From Methanomassiliicoccaceae archaeon (GTDB lineage Archaea; Thermoplasmatota; Thermoplasmata; Methanomassiliicoccales; Methanomethylophilaceae), in assembly GCA_031285205.1 (NCBI GenBank), contig JAITWO010000002.1, positions 1 to 27,965 of the forward strand: 27,965 nt of DNA, in the 5' to 3' direction. Below are positions 21,926-27,965 of the stretch, one piece after another (the stretch's first letter is position 1; the number at the start of each line of letters is the position of its first letter). The translations under genes were made by a program, and so were the position numbers. The notes under the pieces are model-generated. The model was given only the letters and a program-made list of their open reading frames with translations. It made no database searches and was not told the DNA's origin.

Positions 21926-22425
21926 TCCTCCAAGACCACCATCGATGCTTCCGTTGTGCCGTCAGCTGAGCCTTTGAATACCTTCATCTCTTCCTTCATC
22001 GGGTCTATGACCATCGCGAACCCCGTTTCTCCGAACGCCGCCTTATGTGTGCTCTTATCGGTCTCTGACATGAAGCACCCTATCCCCAGATGAGAATGGT
22101 ACCATCCTACTATCACATACTCGAAATCGAGGTTGTCCAGTGCATCGAACAGCGTCACCATGTCATCAGGGTCGAAACGCACGCTTACCTCGTCCGATAT
22201 GAGCGCCGACGTGACCGCTTTGCTCACTGTTGCGTAATACCCGCCGTCATCCCTGTACACATGCCCCGCCAGGAGTCCCATGACCTCCGCGTTCTCATTC
22301 ATCCCTTTCTCAGCGTGGTCAAGCATGTCGCATATCGCCCCCTCTGAGACAAAGATGTCGGCATTCACCGCCCTTCTGCGTTCGGGTATGTCCGCGGCCG
22401 TGTGCTGTGTTATGAGTGGCATCAT
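21907..22425 (-). CDS. JAB/MPN+ (JAMM) metalloprotease, Rpn11-like deubiquitylase candidate
   Basis: Glu in NAEVMGLLAG and the complete JAMM motif H-S-H-LGIGCFM-S-ET-D (H-x-H-x7-S-x2-D, 22057-22098). ATGA overlap with the E2 stop (22422-22425). Confidence 0.85.
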   Translation of the reverse strand: MMPLITQHTAADIPERRRAVNADIFVSEGAICDMLDHAEKGMNENAEVMGLLAGHVYRDDGGYYATVSKAVTSALISDEVSVRFDPDDMVTLFDALDNLDFEYVIVGWYHSHLGIGCFMSETDKSTHKAAFGETGFAMVIDPMKEEMKVFKGSADGTTEASMVVLEDHTQMA

Positions 22426-22910
22426 TTGCTCCCGAAGCTCACGTACGCATTAATCTTTGTCTCGTTGTCCATATAGAACCTTGATGATTCCATACATATC
22501 TCAAGACCGAACGGGTTCGATATGTTCGGACTTCCCACAAGATTCTCCACTGCCTTCATGAATGACAGCAGCGTGGAGCCGAATGACCACTTATCAAGCA
22601 GTTTTATGCAGACGTACCCTCCGTCCTCAGGCGGCATGATGTTCGGATGGAATATCGGCGTCTCCCACCTTGCCCTCGGCTTCTCGAAGGGATATTCCTC
22701 ATTTATCACCACTTTGTACCTGTGGTCCTTTATCTGCACCACCTCATCATCCGTCTTAGCGTATGCGGGAACATTGGTCATGTTCACGGTTATCTCTATC
22801 GGAAATGTCACCTTGTCCGGGTCGAACCGTATGTCCGACCCTATGTAGCCGGAGCACCTCTCCAGCTCATTGGTCAGTCTTTTTATCAGCACCGGTCGCG
22901 GAAGCCCCAA
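22422..22910 (-). CDS. UBC-fold ubiquitin-conjugating enzyme (E2)
   Basis: N-terminal helix RLTNELERC, PFEKPRARWETPIFHPNI (HPN at 22641-22649), catalytic-type Cys in DGGYVCIKLLDKW (Cys101, codon 22608-22610), then SPNISNPFG. The order and spacing match eukaryotic E2 core signatures. The ATG directly abuts the Ubl stop. Confidence 0.85.
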   Translation of the reverse strand: MGLPRPVLIKRLTNELERCSGYIGSDIRFDPDKVTFPIEITVNMTNVPAYAKTDDEVVQIKDHRYKVVINEEYPFEKPRARWETPIFHPNIMPPEDGGYVCIKLLDKWSFGSTLLSFMKAVENLVGSPNISNPFGLEICMESSRFYMDNETKINAYVSFGSK

Positions 22911-23150
22911 TCAGCCACCCTCCGGGTCCGGAAGAAGCTCCAGGACATCATCGTTGAGGATGTTCGCCTCCATCACAGTGTCTGTTGCCCTCAGCAGCGA
23001 TTTCCCTTTTCTGAGCACGTACGCCCTCGGATCCTTCTTCCAGAACTCCGCGGCGCTCTCTATTATATCATATACAGTCTCTTTCGGCCCGAGGTCCATC
23101 TTCAGTGTCGCGCCGAGCGTTGCGTTCTTTACCAAAACGTGTATCCCCAT
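22911..23150 (-). CDS. Ubiquitin-like beta-grasp protein ending in Gly-Gly-stop
   Basis: 79 aa: MGIHVLVKNATLGATLKMDLGPKETVYDIIESAAEFWKKDPRAYVLRKGKSLLRATDTVMEANILNDDVLELLPDPEGG*. The length, the strand/helix alternation and the terminal GG (22914-22919) immediately before the stop are ubiquitin/SAMP-like. It sits between the E1 and E2 genes. Confidence 0.75.
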   Translation of the reverse strand: MGIHVLVKNATLGATLKMDLGPKETVYDIIESAAEFWKKDPRAYVLRKGKSLLRATDTVMEANILNDDVLELLPDPEGG

Positions 23151-23152
23151 TC

Positions 23153-23923
23153 TTACTCCTCCTCATGATTCGCACATCTGTCATCCTTCTTTATCTCCAA
23201 TACGATCGTTTCACCGGACATCCCGTCATAGAACGCCGCGTTCCTGATGCATATGTCCTCCCTGCCGGACGCTATCTTGACCGCCTCCCGTATCTGCATG
23301 GCGGCTATCGCTGACGTTGTTGTTATCTCGGCGGCCATCTTCGGAACGTAAAAGACCGATCCGTTGCCGGTGCAGCTGAACCTTGTTTCCGCGATACCGT
23401 AATGCGACCTGTTCATGGAGCACTGAAGGCACGGCCCGTCCGGGAGGACGACCTGCACTTTACCGTACATCCCGTCCGTGCCTCCGTCCACGTACGGTAT
23501 CCTGTGATAACAGGCATGAGCATTCACGTGGAGCCTTGCAGATATATTGTCAACGCACCCTAAAATCATACTGAATTCATCCCAGTCGCCGATATCCTGT
23601 GCGAGTGTGCGCCTTGGTGTTATCGTCACCTCATGATCAAGTTCTGATGCACGCATCGCCAGTATATCGGATTTCATGCCTTCTTTTACATCCGATCCTC
23701 TGAAGAAGACGCATCTGTTGAGATTTGATGTTACGACGGAATCATTGTCCGCTATCGTGATATCCCTGAACCCGGACAGCACAAGGCACTTCACCGCCTC
23801 GTTCCCCAGGGCGCCCGCTCCGACGACAAGACATCTGGCCCTTCCGATCTTATCGATATTCACCCAATCGATCCTCTTCGATCTGTCGAAACGGTCCATG
23901 TCGTATTCCTTGGCTCTGATCAT
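23153..23923 (-). CDS. E1-like ubiquitin-activating enzyme (ThiF/MoeB/UBA family)
   Basis: RFDRS...IGRARCLVVGAGALGNEAVK (GxGxxG at 23804-23821), ITIADNDSVVTSNLNR, C-x2-C (CLQC) and a second Cys pair region. Start trimmed from the ORF-track 24163 to ATG 23923. The extension overlaps the convergently readable gene at 24054 and crosses an A/T-rich promoter-like stretch. TATTATAC lies exactly 30 nt upstream of 23923. Confidence 0.85.
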   Translation of the reverse strand: MIRAKEYDMDRFDRSKRIDWVNIDKIGRARCLVVGAGALGNEAVKCLVLSGFRDITIADNDSVVTSNLNRCVFFRGSDVKEGMKSDILAMRASELDHEVTITPRRTLAQDIGDWDEFSMILGCVDNISARLHVNAHACYHRIPYVDGGTDGMYGKVQVVLPDGPCLQCSMNRSHYGIAETRFSCTGNGSVFYVPKMAAEITTTSAIAAMQIREAVKIASGREDICIRNAAFYDGMSGETIVLEIKKDDRCANHEEE

Positions 23924-23945
23924 CTGTTCTAACAACGCCGCCGTA

Positions 23946-23953
23946 GTATAATA
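23946..23953 (-). promoter_or_regulatory. TATA-like box (TATTATAC on minus strand) 30 nt upstream of the E1 ATG
   Basis: It lies within the A/T-rich 23941-23990 divergent intergenic region. No Shine-Dalgarno sequence lies between the box and ATG 23923, which gives a leaderless geometry. Confidence 0.4.
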
Positions 23954-24023
23954 GGTATATCTATTTATATTTAGTATAATATTCATACTGTGCCGAACGG
24001 GGTGCCGACGCAGAACGGTAAAA

Positions 24024-24029
24024 ATATAA
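24024..24029 (+). promoter_or_regulatory. TATA-like box (AAAATATAA core) 30 nt upstream of ATG 24054
   Basis: It is the divergent partner of the E1 promoter. ATATAA starts at -30 relative to the 24054 ATG. Confidence 0.35.
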
Positions 24030-24053
24030 CCGCAGTGTGCATCCGTATGAATA

Positions 24054-24263
24054 ATGACCAGCCTTCCCGAGCATGGACACTGTGAGAACTGCGGCGACCC
24101 CGTACCGTTCGGCCAACACTTCTGCGATGACGATTGTTCCAAAGAATACAATACGGACATCAAAGAAGCAAAAAGGCTGGATAACAGGTTCTACATCATC
24201 ATGGCGGCTGTGCTCAGTGCTGTCGCTGTCGCCGCCGCCCTTGTCAAGATATATGTTCTCTGA
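24054..24263 (+). CDS. Small Zn-ribbon protein with C-terminal TM helix (DUF2116-like)
   Basis: HGHCENCGDPVPFGQHFCDDDCSKEY, then a basic stretch, then FYIIMAAVLSAVAVAAALVKIYVL. The pattern H-x-H-C-x2-CG...FC-x3-C followed by a TM anchor matches my memory of the archaeal DUF2116 family. Confidence 0.6.
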   Translation: MTSLPEHGHCENCGDPVPFGQHFCDDDCSKEYNTDIKEAKRLDNRFYIIMAAVLSAVAVAAALVKIYVL

Positions 24264-25053
24264 TCTGGCGCACCGTGCCTTTCACGTCGTGCACCCTTAC
24301 GATATCGGCGCCGTTCCTTATGCATTCGATCACAGACATCATACTCGCATCCTCCCTCCGCATGCCCGGGTATGCATACTGCAGGAACGACTTCATTGAT
24401 GTTCCGGTAAGCAGCGGATATCCTTTTCTGAACACTCTGAGGTCACTTATTATCTCGATGTTCTGCTCATACGTCTTGCCGAAGCCTATGCCCGGGTCGA
24501 GTATCATATTTCCCTTTTTTATCCCCGCGTCCGCCGCCCTTGCGCATGCATCGTCAAAGAATCCGGATATCTGTGCGATGACGTCTCCGGACATCGTGTT
24601 CATCTGCATGTTCTGTGGAATTCCATGCATATGCATTATGATCACCGGAACGCCGGCGGATGCCGCCACCCTGATCATCTCATCGTCCCTCAGTCCGCCC
24701 ACGTCGTTGATCATGCTTGCGCCGGCGTCCAGTGCCGCCTCCGCGGTCTCGTGGTTCATCGTGTCCACCGACACCGGGACATTAAGCGACGGTGCGGCCT
24801 CCCGTATCACATCCATTATCCTTGCCCTCTCCTCTTCCGGCGCCACCGGGACGGAACCTGGCCTTGTGGACTCCCCGCCCACGTCTATTATGTCCGCGCC
24901 CTCGTCCTCCATCTCAAAGATACGTTCCACAGCGTCCTTCCCCGAGTACCTCACCGTGTCAGAGAATGAATCGGGCGTCAGGTTCAGTATGCCCATTACT
25001 CTCGGCAACTCATAGGTTATCGTGTGTCTGCGGCATTCGGTCGGCGGGATCAC
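24244..25053 (-). CDS. folP: Dihydropteroate synthase
   Basis: MGILNLTPDSFSD, DIIDVGGESTRPG, SVDT, INDVGG, DPGIGFGKT and RVHDV are the canonical Pterin_bind/DHPS motifs. The GTG start at 25053 overlaps the stop of the upstream gene (GTGA). Confidence 0.9.
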   Translation of the reverse strand: MIPPTECRRHTITYELPRVMGILNLTPDSFSDTVRYSGKDAVERIFEMEDEGADIIDVGGESTRPGSVPVAPEEERARIMDVIREAAPSLNVPVSVDTMNHETAEAALDAGASMINDVGGLRDDEMIRVAASAGVPVIIMHMHGIPQNMQMNTMSGDVIAQISGFFDDACARAADAGIKKGNMILDPGIGFGKTYEQNIEIISDLRVFRKGYPLLTGTSMKSFLQYAYPGMRREDASMMSVIECIRNGADIVRVHDVKGTVRQIREHIS

Positions 25054-26144
25054 AGAAGTTCATCCGCCAGTTCCGTGAGGTCGACGACGCGCTTCGCATC
25101 CCCGGACATCCCGAACCTCAGGTTATTGACGCAGAACGGGCATGTTGTGATTATCAGGTCTGCGGACGCCGCCTCCTCGAGCCTCGCTTCAGCCATCATC
25201 TTCGATTCGTTCGGATATGCTGACCTGACGCCTCCGCCTCCGCCGCAGCAACGGCTTGTCTCCCTGTTGTTGGCCATTTCGGTGAACTCTATGCCGGGTA
25301 TCTTCTTTATGACGTTCCTGGGAGCGTCGTACACGTGCGCATGTCTCCCGAGGTGGCACGGGTCGTGGTATGTCGCCTTGACCTTCATCTCCTTTAACTT
25401 AAGGTCCTGCGCATCCAGGAATTCGGCCATGTGCAGCACTTTGAAAGGAACGTCCACGTACTTGGGATACTCTTCCTTGAACATCCTGTAGCATCCCGCG
25501 CATGACAGCACCAAAGTTTCGATGCCCTGCTTCCTTATCGCTTTGACATTGTGGTCCATCATCTTCACGACATCGTTATTGTCCCATCCTATGCGTTGCA
25601 TGACGCTTCCGCAGCATTTGCAGTCCGCCACCGTGTGATCCGTTCCCAGTTTCCTGAAGATCGACAGCGCAGCGTTGGTCGTCTCCGGTGTCCTGAATGT
25701 TGCCGAACATCCCGGGAAATACCCCACCTTTGCGTTCTTCGGCTTAACTTTCAGGCGCTGGACCATTGTGTCCTTCTCACCGTAGGGATTGCCGAAGTTC
25801 AGTATGTTCTCCGCCACTGCCTTGTGCTTCGGAAGTATGTGGCCGTTGCTCACGAGGTCTGCGCGGCACATCTCCACTATCTCAACGATATCCACCTTTG
25901 AGGGGCATCTGCGGACGCAGTCCATGCATGTGGTGCATGTGTATATGTTCTCTATTACCGACGCATCCGCCGGGATGTCCCCGGTCAGAAGGCCGTATGA
26001 TAATATCACCCTTCCTCTTGCCACCGATGAGTCCCATTTTATGGCCTTGAACGACGGACACACACTTTTACAGAATCCGCACATGGTACACACGTTCACG
26101 GCATTCTTCACCTTATCAAGATTTTTTATGCTGATCTTGCTCAT
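25050..26144 (-). CDS. (Fe-S)-binding protein, HdrD/GlcF/LutA-like (2x[4Fe-4S] plus two CCG domains)
   Basis: CTMCGFCKSVCP and CTTCMDCVRRCP ferredoxin motifs are followed by two Cys-rich CCG-type regions (PGCSATF...CCGS; DPCHLGRH...RCCGGGGG...CPFC). ATGA overlap with the larA-like gene. Confidence 0.8.
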   Translation of the reverse strand: MSKISIKNLDKVKNAVNVCTMCGFCKSVCPSFKAIKWDSSVARGRVILSYGLLTGDIPADASVIENIYTCTTCMDCVRRCPSKVDIVEIVEMCRADLVSNGHILPKHKAVAENILNFGNPYGEKDTMVQRLKVKPKNAKVGYFPGCSATFRTPETTNAALSIFRKLGTDHTVADCKCCGSVMQRIGWDNNDVVKMMDHNVKAIRKQGIETLVLSCAGCYRMFKEEYPKYVDVPFKVLHMAEFLDAQDLKLKEMKVKATYHDPCHLGRHAHVYDAPRNVIKKIPGIEFTEMANNRETSRCCGGGGGVRSAYPNESKMMAEARLEEAASADLIITTCPFCVNNLRFGMSGDAKRVVDLTELADELL

Positions 26145-27385
26145 TGGACCACCTTAGGTATCGTGACGCTTCCGTCCATCAATATCAGGATGCGCGCATC
26201 GGGTTTTTGTCTGAGCGCCTCGCTGACGGCATCGGCGACCGTATCGAACGGGCGCATGTTCGCCGAACTTATTAATCCCTTTTGCAGGTCCGTTACCGCC
26301 CATACCTCCGCCCATACCATTATCTCGGCCATCTTCGCCGCCTTATGGTATCCCAGCTTGTACTCCTTCCCAAGATCCTCAAGGACCTTCTTCGGGTCCC
26401 CGGACGACGACAGCTGGTCCAGGAACGTCGCGTGGCCTATGCCCTCCCTGCATTTTGATACCATCAGTATCTTCCCGCCTTCCTTCAGGGCCCATTTCCC
26501 GTTGTCCAGTGCTTTCTGCGACTGGTACAGGTCAACGTCCATCGGGTACGGCGCCACGGAGATCACCATGTCCGCCTTCTCCGGGACCGGGACGGAGAAC
26601 ACTTCGTTCGCCCATCCGACCGCCCTGTCGAACGCCTTGTGAAGATCTCCGGCGGCAACTTTGTAGATATCCTGATGGCGGTCCAGGACCATCTGTATCG
26701 AGAATATCGATTTTCCTTTGACCACTTCAAGGGCATCCATCATGTCCTCGTGGACCGGGTTCCCTTCAAGGACCAGCGACTGTGCCTCCATCTTCATCGC
26801 CAGTTTATGGTTCTGTTCCACTGTCTTGAATGATGCGACTCCCGGAAGGAATGATTTCCTGCCTCCTGTGTAGCCGGCGAAATAGTGTGGTTCGACACTT
26901 GTGATTATCACCAGGCGGTCTGCATCCACGGCGATCTTGTTCACTTCCATATCGGTGCCGTTCTTCGACCTTCCCAGCCGGACGCATTCCGATCCCTTGG
27001 AATCGTGGCAGATTATCCTGTCCTTCAGTTTTGCATAGTGGGCGCCGAACACGAAGCCGTATTCTTCCTGGGTCATGTCCCTATGCGTCCCCGTTGCGAT
27101 GAGGTATCTGGCATCCCTCAGGTCCATGCGTTCCGACAGTGCGTCCAGGACCTTCGCCGTCGGCGTCGGTCTGGTGCGGTCGTTCACTATGAACACCGTG
27201 TCCTTCCCTCCTTTGAGGAAATCAGAGAGCGAAGCGTAACCTATCGGGTTGTCGATGGCATCATTTATCACCTTCCCCGGGTCACCGCACCTGACGTCCT
27301 TCGGATAGAATATGCCGATCATGTTCTTATCGGGAACATCTATCCTCTGCGCCCCGTCCTTGCCGTATTTGATATCTATCTTCAT
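26141..27385 (-). CDS. LarA-like (DUF2088) nickel-pincer-dependent 2-hydroxyacid racemase/epimerase family protein
   Basis: NPIGYASLSDFL, VNDRTRPTP, SVEPHYFAGYTGGRKSFLPGVASFKTVEQNH and GGKILMVSKCREGIGH are collinear with my recollection of the lactate racemase LarA. Substrate not inferable. Confidence 0.8.
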   Translation of the reverse strand: MKIDIKYGKDGAQRIDVPDKNMIGIFYPKDVRCGDPGKVINDAIDNPIGYASLSDFLKGGKDTVFIVNDRTRPTPTAKVLDALSERMDLRDARYLIATGTHRDMTQEEYGFVFGAHYAKLKDRIICHDSKGSECVRLGRSKNGTDMEVNKIAVDADRLVIITSVEPHYFAGYTGGRKSFLPGVASFKTVEQNHKLAMKMEAQSLVLEGNPVHEDMMDALEVVKGKSIFSIQMVLDRHQDIYKVAAGDLHKAFDRAVGWANEVFSVPVPEKADMVISVAPYPMDVDLYQSQKALDNGKWALKEGGKILMVSKCREGIGHATFLDQLSSSGDPKKVLEDLGKEYKLGYHKAAKMAEIMVWAEVWAVTDLQKGLISSANMRPFDTVADAVSEALRQKPDARILILMDGSVTIPKVVQ

Positions 27386-27484
27386 TGAAATTATGACAGC
27401 GGCAGAGCCGTATTAATCATTTATGCCGTTCCTAAGAAAACATTATGACTGAAAGGTTTTTTTATGCGCATTCCGTTGTGAAAC

Positions 27485-27965
27485 CGTGGCATCACTGAAG
27501 GATATCGGGGAGCGTGCGCTCGTTGACCGTATCATCAGGAGTATGAAAGGTACCGCACATCTCGGGCCGGGGGATGATGCCGCCTGCGTTGACATAAACG
27601 GAGCTAAGGTGGTCATATCCACTGACATTGTCACCTTTGAGAGGCACATGGCCAAAGGATCCACGATGGAACAGTTCGGATGGCTTGCAGCGGCCGTGAA
27701 TTTCAGTGATATCGCAAGCATGGGGGCACGCCCCCTTGGAATTCTGACTGCGGTCTCCCTTCCGCCGGAGACGGATGAGGATGTGCTGTATGATATCGTG
27801 AGCGGCATAGACCAATGCGCCGAGTTCTGCGGCGCCGAAGTTCTGGGCGGCGACACGAAATCAGGTCACGGATCGGTGTGCGGCACCGCTGTCGGGATAT
27901 GCGAGCATAATGTGCTCACCCGCTCCGGCGCCAGGCTCGGGGACCTTGTCGCCGTCACCGGCTCC
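27485..27965 (+). CDS. thiL: Thiamine-monophosphate kinase (AIR-synthase-related fold), 5' part; continues beyond the window end
   Basis: Absent from the ORF track (no stop in the window). Manual translation from GTG 27485, with an in-frame TGA at 27479-27481 just upstream, gives (M)ASLKDIGERALVDRIIRSMKGTAHLGPGDDAACVDINGAKVVISTDIVTFERHM...AAAVNFSDIASMGARPLGIL...GGDTKSG. The GDDAA, STD, NxSDIAxMGA and GGDT motifs are typical of ThiL. The listed minus-strand ORFs here are its shadows. Confidence 0.8.

Noticed and set aside
22911-23923. Interpreting the Ubl + E1 as an ordinary SAMP/UbaA or MoaD/MoeB sulfur-carrier pair
   Set aside because: A gene with an HPN...Cys UBC signature is inserted directly between the Ubl and a JAMM protease and is translationally coupled to both. 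Sulfur-carrier operons have no E2.
23924-24163. 80-aa N-terminal extension of the E1 ORF (ORF-track start 24163)
   Set aside because: It overlaps the well-formed plus-strand Zn-ribbon gene and runs through an A/T-rich promoter-like region. MoeB/ThiF-type proteins start a few residues before the R-F/Y-x-R-S/Q motif. ATG 23923 has a TATA-like box at -30.
24275-25015. 246-aa plus-strand ORF opposite folP, and other ORFs opposite the HdrD-like and larA-like genes
   Set aside because: They are Ser/Pro/Ile-rich shadow frames, while the minus strand carries unambiguous DHPS, CCG-domain and LarA motifs.
27443-27856. Minus-strand ORFs 27443..27856 and 27492..27815
   Set aside because: The plus strand here encodes a clear ThiL N-terminus (GDDAA, NFSDIASMGA, GGDT) that the track omitted only because it has no stop in the window.
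1-27965. CRISPR arrays, rRNA, transposases/IS elements, prophage genes, toxin-antitoxin pairs
   Set aside because: I scanned both strands. There are no regularly spaced direct repeats, no rRNA-like segments and no integrase, transposase or capsid motifs. The only repeats are in-frame coding repeats, reported above.

Overview
Archaeal chromosomal window. It carries an archaeal-type TyrRS, RpoN/Rpo10, an L18e-L13-S9 cluster, PHI of the RuMP shunt, an HdrD-like Fe-S protein, DUF1638 and hgcAB. This content is reminiscent of a Methanomassiliicoccales/Thermoplasmatota-type methanogen, which I cannot verify. I support about 33 protein-coding genes, one tRNA-Pro(GGG) and several TATA-like boxes. Two of the genes are cut by the window edges and absent from the ORF track: an RCC1-repeat gene at 1-141 and thiL at 27485-27965. 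I saw no rRNA, CRISPR, transposase or integrase. Genes are tightly packed, with many ATGA/GTGA start-stop overlaps. Ordinary parts are the DHH phosphoesterase, tyrS, a TctA-like permease, a CPA2 antiporter, the r-protein/rpoN/tRNA cluster, TIM-barrel+PHI, folP and thiL. Four accessory-looking loci stand out. (1) 21907-23923 is a translationally coupled cassette of E1, ubiquitin-like protein (GG-stop), UBC-type E2 (HPN...Cys) and JAMM, i.e. a minimal eukaryote-like ubiquitylation system with no E3 gene. (2) 11340-16760 holds two tandem paralogous orphan proteins (837 and 940 aa) with identical promoter geometry and a beta-rich G/S/A/V C-terminal repeat module. (3) 195-3793, plus an RCC1-repeat gene downstream, is a four-gene operon encoding 17 zinc ribbons with RanBP2-like Cys/Asn spacing and four copies of an uncharacterised beta-rich domain. 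(4) 16843-18439 is the arsR-hgcA-hgcB mercury-methylation unit. All functional calls rest on motif recognition by eye; no database search or structure prediction was possible.
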